A stretch of 64,000 bases of DNA from an uncultured Bacteroidia bacterium (GCA_938005475.1 CALLNY010000003.1:2540-66539); one strand, 5' to 3'; counted from the first letter of the stretch, positions 9,766-20,194 are shown. Notes: a model not told the origin generated them from the sequence alone. A program made the numbers and translations.

Positions 9766-10944
9766 ATGGCATTACGATTGCAAATTGGTATTCAGTTCAT
9801 TATTTTAATTGCCTGGTTATTATCGAGTTGTCAAAGCCCAAAAGAGATTAAGCCTAGTGATAATGTTCAAAAAATACTACAAGAAAAATTACTCACAGTA
9901 GAAGAGGGAGAAACAATTTTGTTAGGGGAAGGCACTTTTCTATTTAGTTCTACCCTTTCGTTAGATGGGAAATCCAATATTACAATAAAAGGGAAAGGCG
10001 CTGATAAAACTATATTATCTTTTAAGAATCAAAAGGATGGTGCAGAGGGATTAAAAATTAAAGGTAGGAATATCACTTTGGAGGATTTTGCAGTTGAAGA
10101 TACAAAAGGCGATGCTATTAAAGTACAGGATACAGATACTATCACTTTTAGGAGAGTGCGAGTAGAGTGGTTAGGAGAACCCAAAACTTCTAATGGAAGT
10201 TACGGACTATACCCAGTTACTTGCAAAAATGTTTTAATTGAAAATTGTTATGCGCGAGGGGCTTCTGATGCTGGAATTTATGTAGGGCAATCTGAAAACG
10301 TCATTGTTCGTAATAATAAAGCGAAACAAAATGTCGCAGGAATTGAAATAGAAAACTCTACTAATGTAGAAGTATATGATAATGAAGCTATTAGTAATTC
10401 AGGTGGAATTTTAGTATTTGACTTACCCAACTTACCTAAAAAAAATGGAGGTAACATAACATTAAAAAATAATACGGTTAAAGAGAATAATTATCCAAAT
10501 TTCGGACCCAAAGGAACAACGGTTTCAATTTTACCTGCCGGTACGGGCATGATGGTACTTGCTTGTCGTGAGGTATCACTAAAAAATAATATTATTGAAA
10601 ATCACCAATCTATGGGAATTACTATCGTCTCTTTTCCAACCACTGGGCTTCCTTTAAAGGATGATAATTATAACCCTTTTGCCTATCAAGTTGTGTTAGA
10701 GAATAATCAAATAATCCAATCGGGTTTTGCTCCTGATACTACTAGACCGCTTGGGCAGTTATTATTTAAACTTTTTCAAAATCAAGTTCCCAACATTTTG
10801 TTTGATGGTCTTACTCCACCGCAGACCCCGAAAAATTTTTATTCCGTTTGCTTAAAAAATCAAGAAGGAAGTTTCATTAACTTAAATGCGGCTTATCAAT
10901 TTAAAAAACCTATTACAGATAAAAAATTATATCAATGTAAATAA
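9766..10944 (+). CDS. Parallel beta-helix repeat lipoprotein, function unknown
   Basis: Lipobox LLSSC. Repeated turns of the type NVLIENCYARGASDAGIYVGQSENVIVRNNKAKQNVAGIEIENSTNVEVYDNEA, typical of right-handed beta-helix proteins. Confidence 0.65.
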   Translation: MALRLQIGIQFIILIAWLLSSCQSPKEIKPSDNVQKILQEKLLTVEEGETILLGEGTFLFSSTLSLDGKSNITIKGKGADKTILSFKNQKDGAEGLKIKGRNITLEDFAVEDTKGDAIKVQDTDTITFRRVRVEWLGEPKTSNGSYGLYPVTCKNVLIENCYARGASDAGIYVGQSENVIVRNNKAKQNVAGIEIENSTNVEVYDNEAISNSGGILVFDLPNLPKKNGGNITLKNNTVKENNYPNFGPKGTTVSILPAGTGMMVLACREVSLKNNIIENHQSMGITIVSFPTTGLPLKDDNYNPFAYQVVLENNQIIQSGFAPDTTRPLGQLLFKLFQNQVPNILFDGLTPPQTPKNFYSVCLKNQEGSFINLNAAYQFKKPITDKKLYQCK

Positions 10945-11628
10945 ATGGCAAAATTGACTATCGCAGAAGAAAATTACTTAAAAACTATCTTCTTAAATGT
11001 TGATTCGCAACAAGAGGACTGCTTGGTAAATACAAACACTTTGTCGCAAGCTATGAATACTACGGCGGGCTCAGTAACCGATATGCTTAAAAAATTGAGT
11101 GAAAAAGAACTTATTCATTATATTCCTTACAAAGGTGTCAATTTAACAGAAAAAGGAAAGAAGATGGCAATATTTACACTACGTAAACAAAGACTCTGGG
11201 AATATTTTTTAGTTACTCATTTAAAGTTTTCTTGGGATAAAGTTCATGAAATTGCCGAACAATTAGAACATATTGACTCCGAAGAACTTATAGAAAAATT
11301 AGATGAATATTTAAATTATCCCGAATACGACCCGCATGGAGACCCTATTCCTAATGCAAAAGGAGAATTCCCCCAAAGAAAAACCATTTTACTTTCTGAT
11401 TTTCCTGTAAACACTTATAACAAAGCGATTATCGCAGGAGTTCTTACCCATAACGCTGATTTCCTAAAATTTCTTGACCGTATTGGAATTCATATAGGAC
11501 TAGAAATTCAAATTACTGAAAAAATTCCTTTTGAGGACTCCATGCTTATTCAATGGAAAAATAAAGAAATCATTATTAACCGCTCTATAACTAACAACAT
11601 TTTAGTTTATAAACCTGAAAACCCGTAA
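10945..11628 (+). CDS. DtxR/MntR-family metal-dependent transcriptional regulator with C-terminal FeoA/SH3-like domain
   Basis: AEENYLKTIF, winged-helix region, RLWEYFL, HEIAEQLEH and DPHGDPIP. The ATG directly follows the upstream TAA stop. Confidence 0.85.
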   Translation: MAKLTIAEENYLKTIFLNVDSQQEDCLVNTNTLSQAMNTTAGSVTDMLKKLSEKELIHYIPYKGVNLTEKGKKMAIFTLRKQRLWEYFLVTHLKFSWDKVHEIAEQLEHIDSEELIEKLDEYLNYPEYDPHGDPIPNAKGEFPQRKTILLSDFPVNTYNKAIIAGVLTHNADFLKFLDRIGIHIGLEIQITEKIPFEDSMLIQWKNKEIIINRSITNNILVYKPENP

Positions 11629-11663
11629 ACTGTTAAAATTTATTTTCCGTATAATTAAAATAA

Positions 11664-11698
11664 AAAGCTACCTACGAATCGGTAGCTTTAACTTTTTT
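11664..11698. terminator. Bidirectional intrinsic terminator between convergent genes
   Basis: Hairpin AAAGCTACC..GGTAGCTTT followed by a T-run on the plus strand, with an A-run before it giving a T-run on the minus strand. Confidence 0.6.
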
Positions 11699-11711
11699 AT
11701 GTTTTTCCGAA

Positions 11712-13298
11712 TTAAACTAATTGTTTAGGAGCCGCTGACTTGATTTCGTCGTTAGCAAAATCAGAATACAAAGCAAAATTCTTATTAAATAATCCGGCAA
11801 GCTCACTCGCTTTTTTATCATAAGCGGATTTATCAGCCCATGTATTTCTTGGATTTAAGATTTCGGAGGGTACATTTGGGCATGATTTAGGCATATTTAA
11901 ACCGAATACTGGGTCTCTTTCATAATCGACGTTATTTAAATCGCCGTTTAATGCCGCAGTTATCATTGCTCGTGTATAGGCTAATTTCATACGAGAACCT
12001 ACCCCATAAGGACCGCCCGTCCAACCTGTATTCACCAACCATACATTGACCTCATATTTTTTGAGTTTCTCTCCAAGCATTTCTGCGTATTTTGTTGGGT
12101 GTAGTGGCAAAAATGCTTTACCAAAACAAGCAGAAAAGGTTGCTTGCGGCTCTAATACTCCTGCTTCTGTACCTGCAACCTTTGCTGTGTACCCAGAAAG
12201 AAAATGATACATCGCTTGTCCTACACTTAATTTTGAAATAGGGGGTAGTACTCCGAAAGCATCCGCAGTAAGTAAAAAGATATTTTTCGGTAAACTACCA
12301 ACAGATGGAATTTGTGCATTAGGAATATAATGAATAGGATAAGAAACACGTGTGTTCTCAGTGATAGTTTTGTCTGCAAAATTTACGGTTCTAGTACCTT
12401 GATGATAAACAATATTTTCCAGCAAAGCACCAAATTTCACAGCTTCCCAGATTTGAGGCTCTTTCTCTTTGGATAGGTCTATACATTTAGCATAACAACC
12501 CCCCTCAAAATTGAAAATACCGTTTTCTGTCCATCCATGTTCATCATCACCAATTAAAGCACGGTTGGGGTCTGCGGAAAGAGTTGTCTTCCCAGTTCCC
12601 GATAAACCGAAGAAAATGGCAGTATCTCCGTTAGGACCCAAATTTGCGGAGCAATGCATAGGTAGTACTCCCTTAAAAGGTAATAAATAATTAAGCACAG
12701 TAAAGATACCTTTTTTAATTTCGCCCGTATAAGCTGAACCACCAATCAAAATAATTTTTTCCGTAAAATTTATTATCGTGAAATTATGTTGTCTAGTACC
12801 ATCAATAGATTTATCAGCATGAAAACCAGATGCGGCAATTACAGTAAATTCAGGGGTAAAATTTTGTAACTCCTCAATAGTAGGACGAATAAACATATTA
12901 AAAGCAAATAAACTTTGCCAAGGCTCTTCCGTAATAACACGAACTTTTAAGCGGTAGTTAGGATCTGCTCCTGCGTAACAATCTCTCACATAAAGCTCCT
13001 TACCTTGTAAATAAGCTTTAACCCTCTTAAAAAGTTTCCCAAAATTTTCTTCAGAGAATTCGTTGTTTACATCACCCCACCAAACATGAGAGGCTGTGTT
13101 TACATCTTTTACCACAAATTTATCCTTCGGTGACCTCCCCGTAAATTCACCCGTACTCACAGACAAAGCCCCAGAATCTGCTAATAATCCTTTTCCTTGT
13201 TGAACAGAAATTTCTACTAATTCTGCCGGAGTAAGATTGTAAAGAACTTTTTTTACATTGGTAATTCCTAAGTAATTTAATAATTTATTACTTTCCAT
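11712..13298 (-). CDS. pckA: Phosphoenolpyruvate carboxykinase (ATP)
   Basis: GLSGTGKTTLS kinase-1a motif, IGDDEHGW, NIENGCY-like region and GWTGGPYG. Confidence 0.95.
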   Translation of the reverse strand: MESNKLLNYLGITNVKKVLYNLTPAELVEISVQQGKGLLADSGALSVSTGEFTGRSPKDKFVVKDVNTASHVWWGDVNNEFSEENFGKLFKRVKAYLQGKELYVRDCYAGADPNYRLKVRVITEEPWQSLFAFNMFIRPTIEELQNFTPEFTVIAASGFHADKSIDGTRQHNFTIINFTEKIILIGGSAYTGEIKKGIFTVLNYLLPFKGVLPMHCSANLGPNGDTAIFFGLSGTGKTTLSADPNRALIGDDEHGWTENGIFNFEGGCYAKCIDLSKEKEPQIWEAVKFGALLENIVYHQGTRTVNFADKTITENTRVSYPIHYIPNAQIPSVGSLPKNIFLLTADAFGVLPPISKLSVGQAMYHFLSGYTAKVAGTEAGVLEPQATFSACFGKAFLPLHPTKYAEMLGEKLKKYEVNVWLVNTGWTGGPYGVGSRMKLAYTRAMITAALNGDLNNVDYERDPVFGLNMPKSCPNVPSEILNPRNTWADKSAYDKKASELAGLFNKNFALYSDFANDEIKSAAPKQLV

Positions 13299-13339
13299 TT
13301 TGTTAAGTTATTTAAATGATGTAACATAAATAGTAATTG

Positions 13340-13347
13340 CAAAGTTA
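13340..13347 (-). promoter_or_regulatory. -7 promoter box (TAACTTTG) for pckA
   Basis: Exact TAnnTTTG on the minus strand about 42 nt upstream of the pckA ATG. A candidate -33 TTG lies at 13365-13367. Confidence 0.5.
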
Positions 13348-13361
13348 CAAAAAAAACTAAA

Positions 13362-13389
13362 ACGCAAATCATTGATTTTCAATTTGCGT
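13362..13389. promoter_or_regulatory. Perfect inverted repeat ACGCAAAT-N12-ATTTGCGT overlapping the pckA -33 region
   Basis: Read directly. The arms are flanked by T6 on the plus strand and a T-rich run on the minus strand, so it could be an operator or a terminator-like hairpin. Confidence 0.4.
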
Positions 13390-13636
13390 ATTTTTTAGTA
13401 GTTTCTATAACTTTATTACAAGATTTCCTAAAGAAATTTTTCATTGAGTAGTTTTTCATAAAAATTTACTTTTAAAACTCAATTAGTCTATTTTAGTTGT
13501 TTAACTTCTCATGATGGATATGAGGATAATTACCATATTACCGTTTTTGGATATTCGTTTTGTTATACTTGTAAGAAGCCTCAATCAAAATCTTCATAAT
13601 AATTCGTTTTTACTCATTTCAAGAAAATTTTTACTT

Positions 13637-13644
13637 TATCTTTG
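13637..13644 (+). promoter_or_regulatory. -7 promoter box (TATCTTTG)
   Basis: Exact TAnnTTTG ending 5 nt before the ATG at 13649. Confidence 0.5.
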
Positions 13645-13648
13645 CTTT

Positions 13649-14275
13649 ATGAAAATAAAAATTCTTTTATTCACGATAACTTACTGTTTTCAAGGTTTAT
13701 ACGCACAAAATTTAGGTATAGGTATGCGTTTCTTCTCTGATTTTCATTTTGCTTACCGTGCCAAAGAACACTTACTCATAAACGGTATTTTTTCTACCGG
13801 CGACTTAGGTTTGTATTTCTTTAATTATAATGACTTCGGTGGTATTGAAATAGGAGGAAATTTTGGTTATAAATCCACCAAAGGAAATTTCTCTATGCCT
13901 CTCATTATGAAAGATTTAACCAAAGACGATAAACAAAATACTGCTTTAACTTATATCGAATTAGACATTAGAATGGGACCCAAACTAGGCCAGGTTTTTT
14001 ATCCCCAATTTGGTTATGCCGCTGGTTACCGCCTCAAAATGGAAAACCTCGTTGAAGATAACTCTATCCCTCACCAATTAAAACCCTTTTACATGAACCT
14101 CCCTGTCGGATTGAGTGTCTATCTACCTACTCAATTTGGTAATACAGGTTTCGGTTTCTTTTATGTGATAGGTCTTACTAATACCCTCATCGCTGAAAAA
14201 GCCTACCCCTATAAAAGAGAAATTGGAAGACTACACGCTCTGCGCTTCCAAATCACTGTGCTTTTCGGTAAGTAA
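13649..14275 (+). CDS. Hypothetical outer-membrane beta-barrel protein
   Basis: Start moved to MKIKILLFTITYCFQGLYAQ (signal peptide). The ORF-track extension lies upstream of the promoter box. Beta-barrel-like Gly/aromatic-rich pattern. Confidence 0.45.
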   Translation: MKIKILLFTITYCFQGLYAQNLGIGMRFFSDFHFAYRAKEHLLINGIFSTGDLGLYFFNYNDFGGIEIGGNFGYKSTKGNFSMPLIMKDLTKDDKQNTALTYIELDIRMGPKLGQVFYPQFGYAAGYRLKMENLVEDNSIPHQLKPFYMNLPVGLSVYLPTQFGNTGFGFFYVIGLTNTLIAEKAYPYKREIGRLHALRFQITVLFGK

Positions 14276-14303
14276 TTTTGTTGCTATTCTAACAGAATAC
14301 TAT

Positions 14304-14311
14304 TATTTTTG
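14304..14311 (+). promoter_or_regulatory. -7 promoter box (TATTTTTG)
   Basis: Exact TAnnTTTG 12 nt before the ATG at 14323. Confidence 0.5.
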
Positions 14312-14322
14312 TATCCAAAAAA

Positions 14323-15150
14323 ATGAACCTTAAATCCATCATTCAAATTACTTTAAGAATATTCATTCTAACTTTTCATTTATCTGCCCAAGATAATACC
14401 AATAATTTAAACGTTGAACAATATTCCATTTCTACTGACCGACCCAGCGCTAGTTACGCATCTACTATTACTCCAAAAGGTATTTTTATCACCGAATTAG
14501 GCTATTTTAATCAATTAACTCATTATGATAACCAATTGAAAACCTCCGACCAAACCCTGCCTAACTTTATGTTTCGTCATGGAATACATGAGCATTTTGA
14601 ACTACGATTAGGTACTGATTACTATCAAAATACTATAAAATCAGGACCCATTACCACCAAAACCTCAGGTTTTAACCCGCTTAATGTAGGGCTTAAATTA
14701 CACGTTCATGACGAAAAAGGTGCTATACCACAAACTACATTCCTTGGGCAACTACAACTCGCTGAAGTCGCCTCCTCTAATTTCAAACGAGATAGAAATC
14801 AAGCTTTCTTCCGCTTCATTCTCCAAAATACCCTCTCCGAAAAAATTTTCGTTCTATATAACCTCGGAATGAACTTCAATAATTTTGATAACCAATATAT
14901 TTACACCTTGATGTTGGGTTTAGTTCCCATCAATAACTTGACCTTATTTCTAGAAAATTTTGGTATTAAAAGTTCTGAACTGTCGGGCATGGATAATTAT
15001 GCCCATATCGGAGCGGTTTATGTTATTCAAAAACGTTATCAATTAGACGCAACTTTGGGTTATCTTATTACACAAAACAAGGAATGGAATGCAAATAATA
15101 GTTTATTTTTTCAGTTAGGTTTTTCAACATATTTAAGATTTTGTAAATGA
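14323..15150 (+). CDS. Outer-membrane barrel 'transporter' (MetA-pathway/phenol-degradation-like family, tentative)
   Basis: Signal peptide, then an STDRPSASY segment, which is typical of that family as I recall it. Beta-barrel pattern ending in aromatic-rich strands. Confidence 0.5.
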   Translation: MNLKSIIQITLRIFILTFHLSAQDNTNNLNVEQYSISTDRPSASYASTITPKGIFITELGYFNQLTHYDNQLKTSDQTLPNFMFRHGIHEHFELRLGTDYYQNTIKSGPITTKTSGFNPLNVGLKLHVHDEKGAIPQTTFLGQLQLAEVASSNFKRDRNQAFFRFILQNTLSEKIFVLYNLGMNFNNFDNQYIYTLMLGLVPINNLTLFLENFGIKSSELSGMDNYAHIGAVYVIQKRYQLDATLGYLITQNKEWNANNSLFFQLGFSTYLRFCK

Positions 15151-17228
15151 AACAAGATAACATTTTTACTTTTCCAGAAGGAATTTCTATTCAATCGGAG
15201 TATTCGTATGAACAAATTAATCAAATTGAACATGTAAGTTATTTTTCGGGGATACCCCCTTTTTTGAGGGGTCCCTATGCGAGTATGTACGTAGTGAAAC
15301 CTTGGACGATTCGTCAGTATGCTGGGTTTTCTACTGCGGAAGAGAGTAATGCTTTCTACAAAAGAAATTTAGCCGCAGGACAAAAAGGCTTATCCGTGGC
15401 TTTTGATTTGGCTACTCATAGAGGTTACGACTCTGACCATGAACGCGTTATTGGAGATGTAGGAAAAGCGGGGGTAGCGATTTCTTCTGTTGAAGATATG
15501 AAAATCCTTTTCCAAGATATTCCATTAGACAAAGTGTCTGTCTCTATGACCATGAACGGCGCAGTGATTCCTATCATGGCTTTCTATATCGTAACGGCAT
15601 TAGAACAAGGAGTCTCTCCGGATAAACTCTCTGGAACTATTCAAAATGACATTCTCAAAGAGTTCATGGTGCGCAACACTTACATTTATCCCCCAAAACC
15701 TTCCATGCGCATTATCACCGACATCTTCCGATACACCTCTCAAAACATGCCTAAATTCAATTCTATTAGTATCAGTGGTTACCATATGCAAGAAGCAGGG
15801 GCTACTGCTGATATTGAGTTAGCTTATACCCTGGCTGATGGCATAGAATACATTCGTGCGGGGTTAAATGCTGGTTTAAAAGTTGATGATTTTGCGCCGC
15901 GTTTATCTTTCTTTTTTGCTATTGGCATGAATTTCTTTATGGAAATTGCCAAATTAAGAGCGGCAAGAGTACTTTGGGCAAAGCTGGTCAAAGAAAAATT
16001 TCAGCCTCAATCTGATAAATCGTTGGCTTTAAGAACTCATTGCCAAACTTCTGGCTGGTCTTTAACCGCACAAGATCCTTACAATAATGTTGCTCGCACT
16101 TGCATAGAAGCTATGGCTGCGGCTCTCGGGGGAACCCAGTCCCTACACACGAACGCACTCGACGAAGCGCTTGCCCTTCCTACTGATTTCTCCGCCGCTA
16201 TCGCTCGTAATACCCAAATTATCTTGCAAGAAGAAAACCATATCGGCAAAATCATTGACGCCTTCGGTGGTAGTATCTATTTAGAAACCTTAACCCAACA
16301 ACTCATACAAAAAGCGGAAATCCTCATTGAAGAAATTGAACAACTCGGTGGTATGACTGCCGCCATTGAAAAAGGTATCCCTAAATTACGTATCGAAGAA
16401 GCCGCAACACGCCGCCAAGCTAGAATTGATTCCCAAGAAGATATCATTGTTGGTGTGAACGCTTTTCAAGCGGAAGGGAAAGTCCCTGATTTGTTAGTGG
16501 TGGATAATCAAGCCGTAAGAAAGGCACAAATTGAACGTTTAAATCAAATCAAAAACACAAGAGACAATCAAGCAGTACAAGCAATATTGAACCGTATTAC
16601 GGATTGTGCAAGAACAGGAGAAGGAAATTTATTAGAATTAGCCATTGAAGCGGCACAAAAACGAGCCACACTCGGTGAAATTTCTTTGGCTATGGAAAAA
16701 ATTTTTGGTAGACATAAAGCAAGTATTCAATCCGTACAAGGCGTATATTTATCAGAGTTTGCTAATAAAGAATACATACAACAGGCGCGAGCGTTATCCG
16801 ATAAATTTGAAGAGTTAGAAGGGCGTAGACCTCGCATTTTGATAGCTAAATTAGGGCAAGATGGGCATGACCGAGGCGCAAAAGTCGTGGCAACAGCCTT
16901 TGCAGATTTAGGATTTGATGTGGACATAGGTCCTTTATTTCAAATTCCTGCTGAAGCCGCTAAACAAGCCGTAGAAAGTGATGTACACATCATTGGAGTT
17001 TCTTCTCTTGCCGCAGGGCATATGACTTTGGTTCCTCAATTGGTAGAAGAACTCAAAAAATATGGGCGTGAAGACATCAAAATTATTGTTGGAGGGGTCA
17101 TACCACCGCAAGACTATGAGCCCTTGAAACAAGCAGGAGCATTTGCGGTCTTCGGTCCTGGAACTGTTATTCCCAAAGCCGCTATTGAAATTTTAGAAAA
17201 AATGATTCAGGAGCTTAATCCTAATTAG
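15147..17228 (+). CDS. Methylmalonyl-CoA mutase, single-chain (substrate barrel plus B12-binding domain)
   Basis: [39 protein letters not shown] (the Tyr/Arg pair of true MCMs) and C-terminal [14 protein letters not shown] (DxHxxG cobalamin motif). ATGA overlap with the upstream gene. Confidence 0.93.
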   Translation: MKQDNIFTFPEGISIQSEYSYEQINQIEHVSYFSGIPPFLRGPYASMYVVKPWTIRQYAGFSTAEESNAFYKRNLAAGQKGLSVAFDLATHRGYDSDHERVIGDVGKAGVAISSVEDMKILFQDIPLDKVSVSMTMNGAVIPIMAFYIVTALEQGVSPDKLSGTIQNDILKEFMVRNTYIYPPKPSMRIITDIFRYTSQNMPKFNSISISGYHMQEAGATADIELAYTLADGIEYIRAGLNAGLKVDDFAPRLSFFFAIGMNFFMEIAKLRAARVLWAKLVKEKFQPQSDKSLALRTHCQTSGWSLTAQDPYNNVARTCIEAMAAALGGTQSLHTNALDEALALPTDFSAAIARNTQIILQEENHIGKIIDAFGGSIYLETLTQQLIQKAEILIEEIEQLGGMTAAIEKGIPKLRIEEAATRRQARIDSQEDIIVGVNAFQAEGKVPDLLVVDNQAVRKAQIERLNQIKNTRDNQAVQAILNRITDCARTGEGNLLELAIEAAQKRATLGEISLAMEKIFGRHKASIQSVQGVYLSEFANKEYIQQARALSDKFEELEGRRPRILIAKLGQDGHDRGAKVVATAFADLGFDVDIGPLFQIPAEAAKQAVESDVHIIGVSSLAAGHMTLVPQLVEELKKYGREDIKIIVGGVIPPQDYEPLKQAGAFAVFGPGTVIPKAAIEILEKMIQELNPN

Positions 17229-17234
17229 TAGGTA

Positions 17235-19121
17235 ATGCTACATACACTTCTTGTCCGACTAGGAGCTTACGCAGTGTGGATGGTATTCCCCCAATTTTTT
17301 TATGCTCAATCGGATACTATCCTCAAAGAAACATATCTTCCTGAAGTTTCTATTATTGAACAAAAATGGAAGTTAAGTTCAATAGGGCATGAAATTTTGA
17401 TGTTAGATAGTTTAAAACAAACAATTTTTTTTAATCAAAGGGCTTCTGAGTGGTTGCAAATGGAAGGGCTTGTATTCATCAAAAGTTATGGAATAGGGCA
17501 ATTGAATACGATTAGTTATAGAGGAAATACAGCCAATCAAAATCAAGTATTATGGAACGGAGTACCGATACAAAGTCCATTTAATGCTTCAGCGGATTAT
17601 TCTCAAATTCCAATTACACAAGGGAATATACGTTTTTTAAGGGGTACTAACCCAGCATTATGGGGGTCAGGAGCTGGTAGTTCCTTGTTGTTGTCTCCTT
17701 TATGGATTTTTCCTTATCAAGTTCAGGTATATCAACAAATCGGTAGTTTTGGATTAAATCAACAACATTTCTTTTTACAACCTAAATTAAAAAATCAAAC
17801 TTTGCAAGTACAAGCATATAAATTATTTTCAAATAATAATTTTACATATTTCAATCGAGAGAAACCGAATGCCCCTCAAGAAACGTTGGAACACGCCCAA
17901 ACACGTAATTTAGGTACTCAATTAGATTATAAACTCGTTCATAAATACCATTTATGGGAAGCACACCTTTGGTTTCACGATGCTCAAACACAAATCCCCC
18001 CCGTGCTGACCTCCGATACTTCTGCCCAAAACCAAAAAGACCAAAATTTAAGATTACAACTAGTTTATCAAACTTACTTTCAAAAACTTAAATTCTCAAG
18101 TCAGCAGAGTTATTTGAGAGATTATTTGTGGTACGAAGATTCCATTGCACAAATTTTTAGTGGTTATTTAAGTCATCAATGGTATTCAGACCATTACTTG
18201 CAATATCAAAATGAGAGAAACTTTTTTCAGGTGCAATTACAAAATCATGGTATTTTTCCAAGTGCAGGAGATGTAATGGAGTTACCTAAAATTTGGCAAA
18301 GGCATGCTTTGTTAGGTAGTTATCAGTATGAAACACTTAATAAAAAATGGAAACACGGTTTGAATTTTCGTTATGAATACATTCAAAATCAATGGATTAA
18401 CCCAATTATCAATTTTTCTTTTGAACGAAATATTTTTGTAAATGGTTTTATCAAAGGGAATTTAGGCAATACATATCGTTATCCTTCTTTAAATGATTTA
18501 TATTGGAAAGTAGGCGGAAATCCTTATTTGAAGCCTGAGAAGGGTTGGGTATATGAGTTTTCATTGGGTTATCGTAAAAAAATGAACTACTTACAAGCAA
18601 CGTATTATGCAGGTCATTATCAGAATTTAATCATTTGGTTGCCGGATGGTGGAATATGGAAAGCCCAAAATATGAACGAGATTTACTCGAATGGGGTAGA
18701 ATTTTCAGGGAATACAGGTTTTTTTGTTGGTAAACATCAATTTTTATGGAATTTTTCTGGTTTTTATGGGCAATCTATCTTAACCAAAGAACGCTTTGAA
18801 AACGATGAGGCTTATCGTAAACAACTCATTTATCAACCTAAATACCGTTACAATTTACAAATTAGTTGGTTATACAAATCATTTTATTGGCACTACCAAC
18901 AGGTATGGAATGGATATGTTTATTATACTTCGGATAATTCGGAGTGGCTTCCTGATTTTTGGATAGGCAGTATAGTGATGGGATATCAATGGAAATGGGC
19001 TAAACATTCTGCACAAATTCAGTTACAAATAAAAAATGTATGGGATAAAGAGTATGTAGTAATAAAGAACCGCCCTATGCCGGGCAGAAATTACGTTTTA
19101 GGGCTACAATGGAATTATTAA
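17235..19121 (+). CDS. TonB-dependent outer-membrane receptor, small BtuB-sized (628 aa)
   Basis: Signal peptide. Plug region GQLNTISYRGNTANQNQVLWNGVPIQSP..LRGTNPALWGSGAGSS. C-terminal barrel ending GRNYVLGLQWNY. Starts 6 nt after the mutase stop. Confidence 0.8.
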   Translation: MLHTLLVRLGAYAVWMVFPQFFYAQSDTILKETYLPEVSIIEQKWKLSSIGHEILMLDSLKQTIFFNQRASEWLQMEGLVFIKSYGIGQLNTISYRGNTANQNQVLWNGVPIQSPFNASADYSQIPITQGNIRFLRGTNPALWGSGAGSSLLLSPLWIFPYQVQVYQQIGSFGLNQQHFFLQPKLKNQTLQVQAYKLFSNNNFTYFNREKPNAPQETLEHAQTRNLGTQLDYKLVHKYHLWEAHLWFHDAQTQIPPVLTSDTSAQNQKDQNLRLQLVYQTYFQKLKFSSQQSYLRDYLWYEDSIAQIFSGYLSHQWYSDHYLQYQNERNFFQVQLQNHGIFPSAGDVMELPKIWQRHALLGSYQYETLNKKWKHGLNFRYEYIQNQWINPIINFSFERNIFVNGFIKGNLGNTYRYPSLNDLYWKVGGNPYLKPEKGWVYEFSLGYRKKMNYLQATYYAGHYQNLIIWLPDGGIWKAQNMNEIYSNGVEFSGNTGFFVGKHQFLWNFSGFYGQSILTKERFENDEAYRKQLIYQPKYRYNLQISWLYKSFYWHYQQVWNGYVYYTSDNSEWLPDFWIGSIVMGYQWKWAKHSAQIQLQIKNVWDKEYVVIKNRPMPGRNYVLGLQWNY

Positions 19122-19181
19122 AACAACCCCCTACACAAATAAAGCGATAGTTTTATAGGAAAGAGATAGTTATCTTTACAT

Positions 19182-19946
19182 TCAAGATTTATTTTCGTTG
19201 AAGATTGAAGGAGTTTCGTTAGGATGAACATAATTTTCAATAAGATTATCATTTCTGTAGACCCATTCAGGTTGAAAAATACGTATTTTATTATCAGTTA
19301 ATGCTTGAACATGAATAGGTTCTAAATAGTTTAAAAAGCTCCATTTTTTTCCAAAAAGAACGGCAAAATCTACCTGAATGGAATAATCTAATGATGTATA
19401 GGAAAAGTAATCGTTCTGTTTATCAAATTTAAATTGAATAGGATTTCCATATTTATCGCTTCCATATCCATATTGTACTTGGTTAAGAAGAGGGAATTGG
19501 TTTGGTTGTGTCTCTTTATTGGTTAAAAAATCTACTGAAAATTTGTTTTTATTTTTCCAAAAAGTATAGTGAACCACTTTACTGGTTTCGGTTTCTTGGG
19601 CAGAATATTCGATGGGGAGTGTCAAATAATTTTCGTTGAAGATACGTTTAGCCCATAAAGAAACACAATACCTTGGAACAAGGTGTTGAACAAATCCCAC
19701 ACCTAATCGTTGTTGGTGTTGTATGTAAAACCTTAAATCAATTTCTGCAAAACTTACGTGAAAAGGCATTTTTATGCCACGAACTTTGGTGTTCTCAAAA
19801 TTATAGAGAATAAAGGAAAGAAACGTTTTTCCTTTTTGAGTATGAAGCCCAAGCTTATGTGGAATATACTCTATAAGTAATTCAGGTTCTATTTCCCACG
19901 TTACTATAAACGTATTCTTCCATGTTGATGACAAAAACTGTTTCAT
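19182..19946 (-). CDS. Hypothetical protein, DUF2071-like (tentative)
   Basis: N-terminal W..TFIVTWEIEPELL..YIP..L pattern resembles DUF2071/YqjF-type proteins. No catalytic motif recognised. Confidence 0.35.
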   Translation of the reverse strand: MKQFLSSTWKNTFIVTWEIEPELLIEYIPHKLGLHTQKGKTFLSFILYNFENTKVRGIKMPFHVSFAEIDLRFYIQHQQRLGVGFVQHLVPRYCVSLWAKRIFNENYLTLPIEYSAQETETSKVVHYTFWKNKNKFSVDFLTNKETQPNQFPLLNQVQYGYGSDKYGNPIQFKFDKQNDYFSYTSLDYSIQVDFAVLFGKKWSFLNYLEPIHVQALTDNKIRIFQPEWVYRNDNLIENYVHPNETPSIFNENKS

Positions 19947-20194
19947 GGGGAATATAGTTTTTCAGAATAAAAGTTTTCCATAAGCTATTTTTTATTTATA
20001 CGTAAGGATACATTAAAAGGTTACATAAGATTATAAAAAATCAAAAAAAAATATTCCAATGTGAAAAAATAGTAAAAAAATAAAATTGTAGATAAATAAA
20101 TTTTAAAGAAAGACTTTAATTTCTATGAAACTAATTCTGAAAGCATTACGCTTCTTTCTTTTTTATTTTTCGAAATCCATATCATTGATTATGA

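Noticed and set aside
13511-13648. Long N-terminal extensions in the ORF track (here and at 3771-4916, 9748, 22696, 25104, 25212, 27307, 36013, 36779, 37717, 37836, 44448, 44533, 48239, 57120, 57135, 61766)
   Set aside because: The extensions precede clear signal peptides or homology starts. They often begin at TTG or GTG inside or upstream of a TAnnTTTG promoter box, and some overlap the neighbouring gene. Shorter starts were adopted.
13299-14322. Cobalamin riboswitch upstream of the mutase/TonB-receptor operon
   Set aside because: I found no B12-box-like GCCACTG core or the surrounding conserved helices by eye. The region is AT-rich promoter DNA plus a barrel gene. A covariance-model scan would be needed to be certain.
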